NCBI GenBank assembly: GCA_964016885.1
Contig: OZ024748.1
Coordinates: 34,534,001 to 34,598,000, forward strand
Length of the DNA stretch: 64,000 nt
Source of the DNA: Eledone cirrhosa
Lineage: Eukaryota
Direction of reading: 5' to 3'
In this document: one piece after another, positions 43,357 to 56,118 of the stretch
Position numbering within the stretch: the first letter of the stretch is position 1
Layout of the letters: each line of letters opens with the position of its first letter
Translations under genes and position numbers: made by a program
Notes under the pieces: model-generated
Databases searched by the model: none
The model's input: only the letters and a program-made list of their open reading frames with translations
What the model was told of the DNA's origin: nothing

Positions 43357-44015
43357 TGGTTTCGTCGTTGTTGAGATTTGGTGTGTGACAAAGATGTAAT
43401 GATGTTCCGCTGGCAGTCCTGCGTTCCAATACTCCAGCATTGATTTTGACTACAGCGACACTTACCCAACATCCCCCATATATATATATGTGTGTGTGCG
43501 TGTATTGTTTATATAAAGTATTGTGAGATACCTAATAGATAGTGTTCAGAAAGTCAGTATAATAGAGAAATATAGAGATTGAATTGGATTAAAAGGATGC
43601 CGAAACAAAAGAATATTTTTACCAAATGATATTTCCTCCTGATATTTGAAGGAAACGAAAATCTTTTCAATGATGAATGGTGCGTGTGTATGTGCGTGTT
43701 TCTGTGTGTTTGTATGTGTTTGTGTGTGTGTGTGTGTTTCTGTGTGTGTGTGTTTCTCTGTGTGTGTGTGTGTTTCTGTGTGCGTGTGTGTGTTTCTGTG
43801 TGCGTGTGTCTTATATTTTAGGCTAGTGTCAAGCCCTGTTAAACCGTAATCCCCTCATGGAAAATAAAGGCTGGTACTTCAGTTTATCGCCATCGAAAGG
43901 ACTAAAATGGAATTTGAACTTAGAATATACAGAGGTGGAACAGACGCTACAACACATTTGTCTGGCGCTCTACCGATTCTGCCTACCCACCGACCTATGT
44001 GTCAATAACAATAAT

Positions 44016-44201
44016 AATTGTTTCTACTTTAGGCACGAGGCCAGCAATTACTCAGTGCATTACTGGTACTTTATTTTATCGACCCCATAAAGATGAAAGG
44101 CAAAGTCAACCTCGGCGGGATTTGAACTCAGATCGTAAAGGGACGTAACTATGCTGGAAAGCATGGCGTCCGACCCTCTACCGATACTGCTAATCCACCG
44201 C
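44016..44201 (-). mobile_element. SINE family 1 copy
   Basis: Matches 1783-1969. Confidence 0.88.
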
Positions 44202-44642
44202 CCTAATAATAACAATAATAATAAAGGAAAAATAGGAATAATGGTTACAAAATCCGACAAAACCCTATTACAAAGCCCAGCCAATATGTCAACTTCGCTT
44301 TCTTCTTTTATCAGCGTTTCTTCCATTTCTTTCAGTCTTCTAGTTTTGCAGTATCAATAATGGCCTGACTTCCGGAAATTACTTACATGTATTTTTAATG
44401 ATCATCTCATAGTAACCCTGAACTTTGATTTGCATGTCACTATTCTGATCTCTCTCTCTTTCCTGCTTTCACACATTCTTTATCTGTTCCGAATTTCTTA
44501 TTTTCTCATTATACGTATATCTAATACCTTGTCTCTTTCCCTCTGACTCTCTCTCTCTCGCTCACCTTCTCACTCTCTCTCTCTCTATCTATCTATCTAT
44601 CTCTTTCTCTCTCACTTTCTCTCTCACTCTCTTTCTCTCATA

Positions 44643-44674
<32 letters not shown>

Positions 44675-44873
44675 AATTTTTTTTTTCCCACATAAATTAT
44701 TATTTGTTTGACCCGAATAGCTTGCTCGGCTTTGCGGTTAATGGTTTAATGTGTGTATGGCCTTTTAAGGTATGTTTTATTGCTCTAGTACACTCGTATC
44801 TATTGAGCGCTTGCCACACAATTCGCAAGTTGCTTTTCGCTCATTTCCAATAGCCGAAATGCGATTCTCTCTA

Positions 44874-44935
<62 letters not shown>

Positions 44936-45439
44936 GATTTGTGATATTTTGCATTTTCGCAATATTATACACAACTGAATTCATTCGCCTAATATAGGTG
45001 TTGCCTCCCTTGCTGAACCCCAGGTGGGCTCAGTTACAGACACATTTATGTGGACATTCGAACTGAATCCCGTTGACAACGCGTACTCCCAGTTCAGTCA
45101 TAGTACCAGAAGCCTAACATCCTTTATGTAAGTGGACAGTAAATGACTTATGGAGCCGAAGAAACCCAAATACTGGATTTTACCATCGTTCCAGGGGTCC
45201 GGGTAAATATTCAACCATATATATTTTTATATATTTTTATACTTGTATATCTGTTTGACCCGAATTAGGCGGTCGATTTTTCGCTGTGCGGATGATTAGT
45301 TTAACCACCGTGTCAGTGTGTTTGGCCTTTAACGTAAGTTGTAAGCTCTAATTCATATGAATTATCGAGCGCTTGCCGCACAACTCGAAAGTGTTTATCG
45401 TCAATTCCTGACCTGAAATTCGATTCTCGCTAATTTTGA

Positions 45440-45498
<59 letters not shown>

Positions 45499-45743
45499 TA
45501 AAATAACAGTCTGTTTTCTGTATCAGGAGTTTTAGGTATGTTTTCCTGCTTGGTACGGGTATGTTCTTTGTAGAAATATTCAGATGTTGTTTCTGCATGA
45601 TGAATATAAGTCAGTAGAGTGCTCAACCGAGGGAGCCAAATAGTAATAATAATAAATTTGAAGACTAAAATCCAAAGAGGGCTCGATAAGGATAAATATA
45701 TATCAAATATATAAGAACCGTAGAGCAAATATTTATTAAAATA

Positions 45744-45819
45744 ACAGATTAAAGTTTAAGCAAAGAATCGCTGCTTTCACCCTTAACGGGATCTTCTGAA
45801 ACTAACAAAGTCAATCTGC
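45744..45819 (-). ncRNA. Variant-core type I HHR motif (family B)
   Basis: Reverse complement of 47976-48051. Confidence 0.65.
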
Positions 45820-47975
45820 AAACGCAGAAGTGGATATTTCAAAAAACGTTGGAACCGGGGGAAGACAGGAAGACGATACTTTGGTTCGTGGAAACGTTCC
45901 CTGGCAAAGAACGGGAAAAAACGAATATAATACGTCATTAATAGGAGCGGTGAAAAACAATTACGCACAAAGACAGAACCACGTTTATGGTATAAAAGAG
46001 GTCGTAGACTAATGTTCTCTTAGGTAGTTCATAGAGACGTTCTCTGGCAATGAACGAAAAGAACGAAGATTATACGTCATATGTGGAGCGTGGAGAACAA
46101 TAGCACGCAAACAAAAAAGTAAATAGTATAGCAGAAGTCGTAGACTAAAATTCTAACTAGGAGACCGAATGAATCTCCGCTTCAGAGTTAAGAACAAAGT
46201 AAATAAATACAATACAGAAGTAATAGAAATAAATAAATACATACACGCAAACAAATACGTACATATACAAGCATACGCAAAACACTTACCATATGTATAC
46301 AAAACCACGCACATATAAATATGTGTGTGTGTATGCGTGTATACAAATAAATAAATAATTATATAAACGTATATAAATAAATAAATAAATAAATAAATAC
46401 GTATATAACAAGCGCACACACATACCTACATGTAAATACACGAATGTTCGGAGACGTAAGTCAACCAAAACATGAAGTACACCCAACATACGTACGAACC
46501 TGCATACTCACACAGACGCAAAACTCCCGTATACACATAGCCAAACCATATGTACCAGAATATATAAAAAAATTATACGCCATAACATAAACAATCAAAT
46601 ATACGTACGAGAAGGTATACGTACCTTCACAAAACATACGGGTAATATATACTTACCTATGCAAATAAGTAATCGTATAAACATAACATATACTTAGCTA
46701 CCACATCAAGACGTAAAATATCCTCGTATAGATCGTACTATCCGTTAGGGTATAACGTGGGACTGTAATACAGGAAAGTTTTGTGCAATTTATGTTTACA
46801 AGCCGAAATTGCCTCAAATTTTTGTTTAAGATGTGGTCTGTGGCGTAGAGTATTTCCAGGGCCTCAGCGGCGCAGAGATCACATGTTCTTTTATTTCCGT
46901 TATACGATCTAGCCCTAGCTAGGATCTCCCAGTGTAACTTATATTGGGTGTGGTTGTCTTTTAGACTCCAGATATAAGCAGAAAGTGACGTCATATTCCT
47001 TCTTAGAGGGTAACGAAAAGAATTGGTATGCATGTAAAGACGCTGCTTGAATCTATTGGCGGTTAACCCTATGTAGGCCCTACGGGACGTGGGTGTTACA
47101 ACCTCACATTTGTAGACAATGTTACTAGAGAGGCATTTCCCGGATAGGGGGCAATCAACCCGATTCCTACAATTACAGTTAGTACTAACTACAGGGTTGC
47201 ACGTGTTCCTACGGCTAGGTAGTTTAGCTAAATTTGAAGCTGTGATGTTATGTGCAAGGTTAGGAGTCGTAGAATAAGAAATTTTAATAGTATTTCTATT
47301 AAAAATTTTACTATATTTATGTGTAGGGGGAAAATGCTTCGTAATAAGGGAAAGAAGAACTTCGTTAATGGTGTGGCCACCTCCATATTATATGGTGGGT
47401 TATACCAACAAATGCGACGGGATCTATTTCTTCTAGGTCTATTTTCGTACACGCATACACACACACACATATTTATATGTGCGTGGTTTTGTATACCTAT
47501 GGTAAGTGTTTTGCGTATGCTTGTGTATGTACGTATTTGTTTGCGTGTATGTATTTATTTATTTCTATTACTTCTCTATTGTATTTATTTACTTTGTTCT
47601 TAACTCTGAAGCGGAGAATCATTCGGTTTCCTAGTTAGAATTTTAGTCTACGACTTCAGCTATACCATTTACGTGGTTTTGTCTTTGCGTGCTATTGTTC
47701 TCCACGCTCCACATATGACGTATTATCTTCGTTTTTTTCGTTCATTGCCAGAGAACGTTTCTATGAACCACCTAAGAGAACATTAGTCTACGACCTCTTT
47801 TATACAATAAACGTGGTTTTGTCTTTGCGCGTAATTGTTTTTCACCGCTCCTATTAATGACGTATTATATTCGTTTTTTCCCGTACTTTGCCAGCGAACG
47901 TTTCCACGAACCAAAGTATCGTCTTCCTGTCTTCCTCCGGTTGCAACGTTTTTTTAAATATCCACTTCTGCGTTT

Positions 47976-48051
47976 ACAGATTGACTTTGTTAGTTTCAGA
48001 AGATCCCGTTAAGGGTGAAAGCAGCGATTCTTTGCTTAAACTTTAATCTGT
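47976..48051 (+). ncRNA. Variant-core type I HHR motif (family B, 5' pLTR)
   Basis: acagattga-ctttgtt-agttt CAGAAGA t ccc-gttaa-ggg t GAAA gca-gcgattctt-tgc TT aaact ttaatctgt. Confidence 0.7.
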
Positions 48052-48196
48052 TATTTTAATAAATATTTGCTCTACGGTTCTTATATATTTGATATATATT
48101 TATCCTTATCGAGCCCTCTTTGGATTTTAGTCTTCAAATTTATTATTATTACTATTTGGCTCCCTCGGTTGAGCACTCTACTGACTTATATTCATC

Positions 48197-50322
48197 ATGC
48201 AGAAACAACATCTGAATATTTCTACAAAGAACATACCCGTACCAAGCAGGAAAACATACCTAAAACTCCTGATACAGAAAACAGACGCGTTCATTAAAAG
48301 GTTGCGTTGGCGTGCATTTTATTTCGATAATCCGCGAAAAGCAGACAACAAGCAGGATGAATTTGGATTTAAAACCTATAATAACCCCCGTGTAACCCAG
48401 CATTGCTACCCTCCGAAAATGATGTCTTGGAACTCATTCTGAGTATCAAATTTTGGAATAGGAGCAATTCCTTCCAGCAACACCTGAAGAATAGAATTCG
48501 TTCTATTAAGGATTCTAATGCCGTGCACGTCCATTCCGACAAAACTGGCAACCTATATCAAGTGGAGCGCAGTACTTACCATCAACTACTACATAATGCT
48601 GGAACTAAGGATTACCGTAAGACTAATCGGTGCGTCATCAATGAAATCAACGATGCTGGGTTTAAAATCACATCTGATCTCAACATCCTGGACCGGACCG
48701 AACCTCTGGACCCTATTTCTCCCCACTTTACCCTGAAGGATCACAAATCCTATTTTCCGAACAACCCCTCTATTCGGCTTATTAACCCTACGAAGTCCGA
48801 TTTAGGTAGACTTAGTAAAACGATTCTTGATAGAATTATACCTGAAATTAGAAGTTTGGCCGCTCTTGCACTGTGGAACAATTCTTTCGCGGTGATTGAT
48901 TGGTTCAACGGCATATGTAACAAGGAACATTACCGTTTTATCCAATTCGACATCAACAATTACTATTCCTCCATCACTTTACCACTTCGCCTTAGAGCTA
49001 TCAATTTCGCTAAAACACTCACAGTGGTTAAGGATTTCGAAGTTGATGTCATCCTCAATGCCCAAAAGTCGGTGATTAATTTCGACGACTCTATTTGGAT
49101 TAAAAAATCCAATAGTACCCCATTCGACGTGAGTATGGGCGCCAGTGATTCTGCGGAGGTTACTGATCTTATCGGCCTTTTCCTTCTTTTCTCTATCAAG
49201 GACGAATTCCCCAACGCGGGCGGTGGTTTGTACCGTGACGATGGTCTTTTGACCATGACTAAGTGCGGACCTCGGGCTTGCGACAGGTTCAGAAAAGAAC
49301 TCACAGCCTTCTTTAAAGGCTTCAACCTCTCTATACAGGTTGAGACCAATCTCTCGGTCGGTAATTACCTCGACTTTACCCTCAATTTATTGAATGGGTT
49401 GTATTACCCGTATAGAAAGCCGAATGATACGCTTAATTACATAAGTAAGCATTCTAACCATCCTGCCAGCATAACCAAGAACCTGGTAAGAAACGTTTCG
49501 TTGAGGCTTTCCCGTCTTTCCACTAACGAGCGTATTTTCAACGACCATTCCACTTATTACAATGAAGCTCTTGCTCGAAGTGGATTTGTCGATAAGGTAG
49601 CATATACAGAGTACGAAAATAGACCTAGAAGAAATAGATCCCGTCGCATTTGTTGGTATAACCCACCAAATAATATGGATGTGGCCACACCATTAGCGAA
49701 GTTCTTTCTTTCCCTTATTACGAAGTATTTTCCCCCTACACATAAATATAGTAACATTTTTAATAGAAATACTATTAAAATTTCTTACTCTACGACTCCT
49801 AACCTTGCACATAACATCGCAGCTTCAAATTTAGCTAAACTACCTAGCCGTAGGAACACGTGCAACCCTGTAGTTAGTACTAACTGTAATTGTAGGAATC
49901 GGGTTGATTGCCCCCTATCCGGGAAATGCCTCTCTAGTAACATTGTCTACAAATGTAAGGTTGTAACACCCACGTCCCGTAGGGCCTACATAGGGTTAAC
50001 CGCCAATAGATTCAAGCAGCGTCTTTACATGCATACCAATTCTTTTCGTTACCCTCTAAGAAGGAATATGACGTCACTTTCAGCTTATATCTGGAGTCTA
50101 AAAGACAACCACACCCAATATAAGTTACACTGGGAGATCCTAGCTAGGGCTAGATCGTATAACGGAAATAAAAGAACATGTGATCTCTGCGCCGCTGAGG
50201 CCCTGGAAATACTCTACTCCACAAACCACATAAACAAAAAATTTGAGGCAATTTCGGCTTGTAAACATAAATTGCACAACACTTTCCTGTATTACAGTCC
50301 CACGTTATACCCTAACGGATAG
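48197..50322 (+). CDS. PLE reverse transcriptase plus C-terminal GIY-YIG endonuclease, one frameshift at about 48385-48390
   Basis: Motifs SDKTGN, TLKDHK, IRLINP, FDI..YY.SI, MGA.DS, YRDDG, YLD, CNC....CPL.GKC, IVYKC...YIG, CDLC; ORFs 48197-48442 and 48403-50322 join if one base is restored in a C-run. Confidence 0.92.
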
Positions 50323-51249
50323 TACGATCTATACGTGGATATTTTACGTCTTGATGTGGGAGCTAAGTATATGTTTTGTTTATACGATTACTTATTTGCA
50401 TAGGTAAGTATATATTACCCGTATGTTTTGTGAAGGTACGTATACCTTCTCGTACGTATATTTGATTGTTTATGTTATGGCGTATAATTGTTTATATATT
50501 CTGGTACATATGGTTTGGCTATGTGTATACGGGAGTTTTGCGTCTGTGTGAGTATGCAGGTTCGTACGTATGTAGGGTGTGTGTATATGTGTACTTCATG
50601 TTTTGGTTGACTTACGTCTCCGAACATTCGTGTATTTACATGTAGGTATGTGTGTGCGCTTGTTATATACGTATTTATTTATTTATTTATTTATATACGT
50701 TTATATAATTATTTATTTATTTGTATACACGCATACACACACATATTTATATGTGCGTGGTTTTGTATACCTATGGTAAGTGTTTTGCGTATGCTTGTAT
50801 ATGTACGTATTTGTTTGCGTGTATGTATTTATTTATTTCTATTACTTCTGTATTGTATTTATTTACTTTGTTCTTAACTCTGAAGCGGAGATTCATTCGG
50901 TCTCCTAGTTAGAATTTTAGTCTACGACTTCTGCTATACCATTTACGTGCTTTTTTGTTTGCGTGCTTTTGTTCTCCACGCTCCACATATGACGTATAAT
51001 CTTCGTTTTTTTCGTTCATTGCCAGAGAACGTCTCTATGAACCACCTAAGAGAACATTAGTCTACGACCTCTTTTATACCATAAACGTGGTTTTGTCTTT
51101 GCGCGTAACTGTTTTTCACCGCTCCTATTAATGACGTATTATATTCGTTTTTTCCCGTTCTTTGCCAGGGAACGTTTCCACGAACCAAAGTATCGTCTTC
51201 CTGTCTTCCTCCGGTTGCAACGTTTTTCGAAATATCCACTTCTACGTTT

Positions 51250-51325
51250 ACAGATTGACTTTGTTAGTTTCAGAAGATCCCGTTAAGGGTGAAAGCAGCG
51301 ATTCTTTGCTTAAACTTTAATTTGT
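51250..51325 (+). ncRNA. Variant-core type I HHR motif (family B, 3' pLTR)
   Basis: Same fold; core CAGAAGA at 51271. Confidence 0.7.
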
Positions 51326-51423
51326 TATTTTAATAAATATTTGCTCTACGGTTCTTATATATTTGATATATATTTATCCCTATCGAGCCCTCTTTGGATT
51401 TTAGTTTTTAAATTTATTATTAT

Positions 51424-51486
<63 letters not shown>

Positions 51487-51722
51487 ATTGAAAAGGAGGC
51501 CAAATATGTTGAATCTCCTTCATTTGTTTATTTCTGCAAACACTATGTACATTTCAGTGACCTGCTTGCGTAAGAACCCGGTGACATCTTCAGGTGTAGA
51601 TGTACAGCAACAGAATGGTAGTAGACTTTAAGGAAACAAGCACAGAAAAAAAGAGAGGAAAAATGTGTTTATGTTTTTGACGCAGAGAGGAACGAGCCAG
51701 CATGTTGCTACACTGCTCTCTA

Positions 51723-51790
<68 letters not shown>

Positions 51791-51887
51791 ATAATAATAA
51801 AATTGTAGACTAAAATCCAAAGAGGGCTCGATAAGGATAAATATATATCAAATATATAAGAACCGTAGAGCAAATATTTATTAAATA

Positions 51888-51963
51888 ACAGATTAAAGTT
51901 TAAGCAAAGAATCGCTGCTTTCACCCTTAACGGGATCTTCTGAAACTAACAAAGTCAATCTGT
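51888..51963 (-). ncRNA. Variant-core type I HHR motif (family B, inverted pLTR)
   Basis: Reverse complement of 47976-48051. Confidence 0.65.
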
Positions 51964-52642
51964 AAACGCAGAACTGGGTATTTCAAAAAACGTTGCAACC
52001 GGAGGAAGACAGGAAGACGATACTTTGGTTCGTGGAAACGTTCGCTGGCAAAGAACGGGAAAAAACGAATAATACGTAATTAATAGGAGCGGTGAAAAAC
52101 AGTTACGCGCAAAGACAGAACCACGTTTGTGGTATAAAAGAGGTCGTAGACTAATGCTCTCTTAGGTGGTGCATAGAGACGTTCTCTGGCAATGAACGAA
52201 AAGAACGAAGATTATACGTCATATGTGGGGCGTGGAGAACAATAGCACCCAAAGACAAAACCACGTAAATGGTATAGCAGAAGTCGTAGACTAAAATTCT
52301 AACAAGGAGACCAAATGAATCTCCGCTACGGAGTTAAGAACAAAGTAAATAAATACAATACAGAAGTAATAGAAATAAATAAATACGTACACGCAAACAA
52401 ATACGTACATACACAAGCATACGCAAAACCTTACCATAGGTATACAAAACCACGCACATATAAATATGTGTGTGTGTGTATGCTAGTGTACAAATAAATA
52501 AATAATTATATAAACGTTTCCACGAACCAAATATCGTCTTCCTGTCTTCCTCCTGTTGCAACGTTTTTTGAAATACCCCGTTTACAGATTGACTTTGTTA
52601 GTTTCAGAAGATCCCGTTAAGGGTGAAAGCAGCGATTCTTTG

Positions 52643-52699
<57 letters not shown>

Positions 52700-52849
52700 A
52701 TAATAATAAAATTGAAGACTAAAATCCAAAGAGGGCTCGATAAGGAAAATATATATCAAGGTGATATATATTTTAAGTTAAAGTGAAAGCAGCGTTAAGT
52801 TAAGGGTGATAGCAGCGATTCTTTGCTTAAACTTTAATCTGTTATTTGA

Positions 52850-52906
<57 letters not shown>

Positions 52907-52934
52907 ATCAAAAGATGGTTAAAAGAGTTCCATG

Positions 52935-53005
52935 TATTTTATTATGCGCATTTCAAAAACAAATATCATCATGCGATGACATTTGCGTTTTCGTCACATA
53001 AAATA
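52935..53005 (-). ncRNA. Type I minimal HHR motif with core C3 mutated
   Basis: Reverse complement reads tattttat GTGACGA long-stem-II GAAAT GCGC ATA ataaaata. Confidence 0.65.
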
Positions 53006-53673
53006 GGGAGACATGATATGAAGGTTAAAAAACACTTGTGAATAGTGCAGTTTTAAATCAACATATAAAAAGTAGTTTTAGATTGATGTGTGATATTGGG
53101 GAAAAAATTGAGAGGGAAGGTGGAAAGGATGAAAAAGAGGAGATGAGAGTAAATAATGGAGGGGGAGGAGTATAATAAGGAAGGATGAGATAGGAGGAGA
53201 GATGGGTGATAGAGGGAGAGAGATAGCTTTTATAACTGAGAAAAATATATTGTTTTACAGAGAGAGGTTAAAAATATACAAAAATATACAAAAATATACC
53301 AAAAAATATACAAACCTTAATTTAACATTATTCTTAAATTTTTCTCTTCGTTAATTTTCAAATTCTTTTAATTTATATATTATCTTCCAACGGTTTTTTA
53401 ACCTCTCTCTGTAAAACAATATATTTTTCTCAGTTATAAAAGCTATCTCTCTCTCTCTCTCTATCACCCATCTCCCCTCCTATCTCATCCTTCCTTATTA
53501 TACTCCTCCTCCTCCATTATTTACTCTCATCTCCTCCTCTTTTTCATCCTTTCCAACCCCTCCCCCAGAAATTTTTTACCCAATATCACACATCAATCTA
53601 AAACTACTTTTTATATGTTGATTTAAAACTGCACTATTCACAAGTGTTTTTTAACCTTCATATCATGTCTCCC

Positions 53674-53744
53674 TATTTTATCTGACGAAAACGCAAATGT
53701 CATCGCATGATGATATTTGTTTTTGAATTGCGCATAATAAAATA
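53674..53744 (+). ncRNA. Type I minimal HHR motif with GAAA mutated to GAAT
   Basis: tattttat CTGACGA aaac-gcaaatgtcatc-gcat-gatgatatttgt-tttt GAATT GCGC ATA ataaaata. Confidence 0.65.
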
Positions 53745-53864
53745 CATGGAACCCTTTTAACCATCTTTTGATCTTATATATTATTTATACTCCAGTCCTA
53801 CAAACTGTAGAGTGCTATTTATCCGATATCTGCATTGTTTTATTGTACTACAATAAAACTCACC

Positions 53865-53900
<36 letters not shown>

Positions 53901-53904
<4 letters not shown>

Positions 53905-54393
53905 GATAAATCTACCAAAATATACGGTAGTGTCCAATCCGTATGAAGAACTCAATGTAATCCAAATATCATGAAAAGAGAAGATGTATTCAAAATGTTT
54001 TCGATGAAAAGCACAGGAAAACAGAGTCAAGATAAATTAATAAAAATAATGAATAAAAACAAAGAAAGAGTTCCTTATATTAAAAGATTCATCATTTTAC
54101 CATCGTTTCTAGGATATATATGTGTGTTGGTATGTATATCATATAGATCTATGTAAAACTTTTACAAACTATCAGAGGGAATATACATACCTACACATAT
54201 ATATGCTGTCTTGAAGACAGCATATATATGTGTAGGTATGTATATTCCCTCTGATAGTTTGTAAAAGTTTTACATACATCTATATGATATACATACCAAC
54301 ACACACATATATATCCTAGAAACGATCGTAAAATGATGAATTTTTTAATATAAGGAACTCTTTCTTTGTTTTTATTCATTATTTTTATTAATT

Positions 54394-54396
<3 letters not shown>
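53901..54396. mobile_element. PLE family C terminal repeat folded into a palindrome
   Basis: 53901-54085 matches 10027-10212; about 54032-54211 mirrors 54213-54396; contains the long-stem-II HHR body. Confidence 0.85.
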
Positions 54397-54470
<74 letters not shown>

Positions 54471-54580
54471 ATAACATTTGATTCGTTTGCAATTATGTAA
54501 ACAAGCCTTAGGCCGATCAGTCACTTTGAAAATAGCATATATTTTCACTAGCTCTGACAGTTTGGCAGGTGATCAGTGAG

Positions 54581-54624
54581 CTGTACTGATGAAGGGTGAT
54601 ACCCGGAAACATTAGCGTCTGCAG
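54581..54624 (+). ncRNA. Minimal type I HHR motif inside a small inverted-repeat element (54467-54735)
   Basis: ctgta CTGATGA a gggt-gat-accc g GAAAC attagc GTC tgcag. Confidence 0.72.
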
Positions 54625-54803
54625 ATCTGTTCTCATGCCAACACATAAGCAAGAATGAAGTGTTCATTCTACTGACATGGCTATAAATTGAGGCTTGTTT
54701 GCATAATTGCAAACGAATCGAATGTTATTATTAATATTCGAAAAACTCAGATTACATTTATTGTATTCAAACATGTAGAGCGAAATGTTCTTCTTTTTTA
54801 TTT

Positions 54804-54883
<80 letters not shown>

Positions 54884-55029
54884 AGAGAGAGGAAGAGATA
54901 AACTCTTGCCGGAGACCATGGACAATTGCACCTTTTAAAACCACACCCAAACTTTCCCAATATAAAAACAACAAACCTCGACCAATTACTAATTGTAGCC
55001 GTCCTATTACGACCGACAGACAGAGGGGC

Positions 55030-55985
55030 AGATAGATAGATTTCTTTATTTGCCACAAGGGCGCACAAGAAAAGGGGACAATGCAAAGACATGCCGAGGA
55101 TTTTACATACAGTCGTGTGAAAAATATAAAACAAACAATTGCAACAATCGAAAACCCCAATAGGAGGGAAACGCCACAAATGGGTTGTTTAATACCCCGT
55201 CGATAGAACAACCCTCAACTTCAGGAGCATGTTGTGCAAGTGCTCCTTTCTTCCTTTTTGCTCTCTTCTTCAACCTACAGGCTTATAAACAGGGAAGGCC
55301 CAATCACTCGGGCCATTTTTGCCACATTCACCCACCTTTCAGTAAATTCACTGGGGTGCAGTGCACCTCTATCCACTCTGATTCTCCTTCTAAAGTGGTA
55401 CCTAAAGAAGGGAATCAATTGTTGTCCGGAGAGAAAGGCATCTGTCCTCAGTCCTCTCAATCTCGTCCACCATATAACTTCTTTCACTATAGCCACTGTA
55501 CAGAGGAAAACCGCCTCTCTTTCGTTTTTGAAAGAGGCTGGCGGTTTGATCCTTACTATGGACTCGGTAGTCAACTGTATTTGTCCCATAAGCGACAGCA
55601 GTTCTTCTGCATAGTTCCACAGGTCGGTTACGCCCGTGCAAGACGGTTTCAATGTCCTGCGCGCATCTTTGGACACGTCCTCTTGGAAGGATCCCTGCCG
55701 GGGCGTCCGTACCTGTAGATCTTGTCACGAACCGGTAGAGCTCCTCGGTAGCACTGCCAGGCCAGGGACCTCTGGAAGTTGTCCATAGGTCCCGGGCGGA
55801 AAGTTCTATCAAACAGACTGGTGAGCTCATCGTCTTCGACGCCCAGAGTCTCTCCGAGCACGTCGTTGCCCTTCTAACGTACAATCCCTCTATAGAATGT
55901 CGAAGTGGAGTCTCCACTGATTGCTGTGCCCGCTGGCCAGAGGTCTGTGAGCGCCTAAGCGTATTCAATGGGCCAGGCGCCCATC
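55030..55985 (-). pseudogene. 5'-truncated L1/Tx1-type copy (ORF2 C-terminus plus 3' UTR)
   Basis: ORFs 55275-55676 and 55649-55861 match the ORF2 C-terminus; short tatc tail. Confidence 0.9.
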
Positions 55986-55993
55986 AGAGGGAC

Positions 55994-56072
<79 letters not shown>

Positions 56073-56083
56073 GAGATAGATAA

Positions 56084-56117
<34 letters not shown>
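55994..56117. repeat. (GATA)n microsatellite at the LINE 3' end
   Basis: Directly follows aataaagaaac on the minus strand. Confidence 0.95.

Positions 56118-56118
<1 letters not shown>

Larger units (their letters stand above)
45493..52860. mobile_element. PLE family B (Naiad-like) array: inverted partial copy, near-complete copy with direct pLTRs, extra pLTR fragments
   Basis: Minus copy 45510-47446 (ORF 3' end, UTR, pLTR, ORF start); plus copy 47447-51430 with direct repeats about 47447-48152 and 50726-51428; inverted pLTR 51787-52515. Confidence 0.93.
52900..53870. mobile_element. ORF-less fold-back element with about 375-bp inverted arms, each carrying an HHR motif
   Basis: About 52900-53274 is the reverse complement of about 53395-53780; (AT)n flanks. 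Confidence 0.8.

Noticed and set aside
48403-50322. Selenoprotein-type PLE (UGA read-through)
   Set aside because: No in-frame UGA at Cys positions in the family B or family C endonuclease frames, and no convincing SECIS seen
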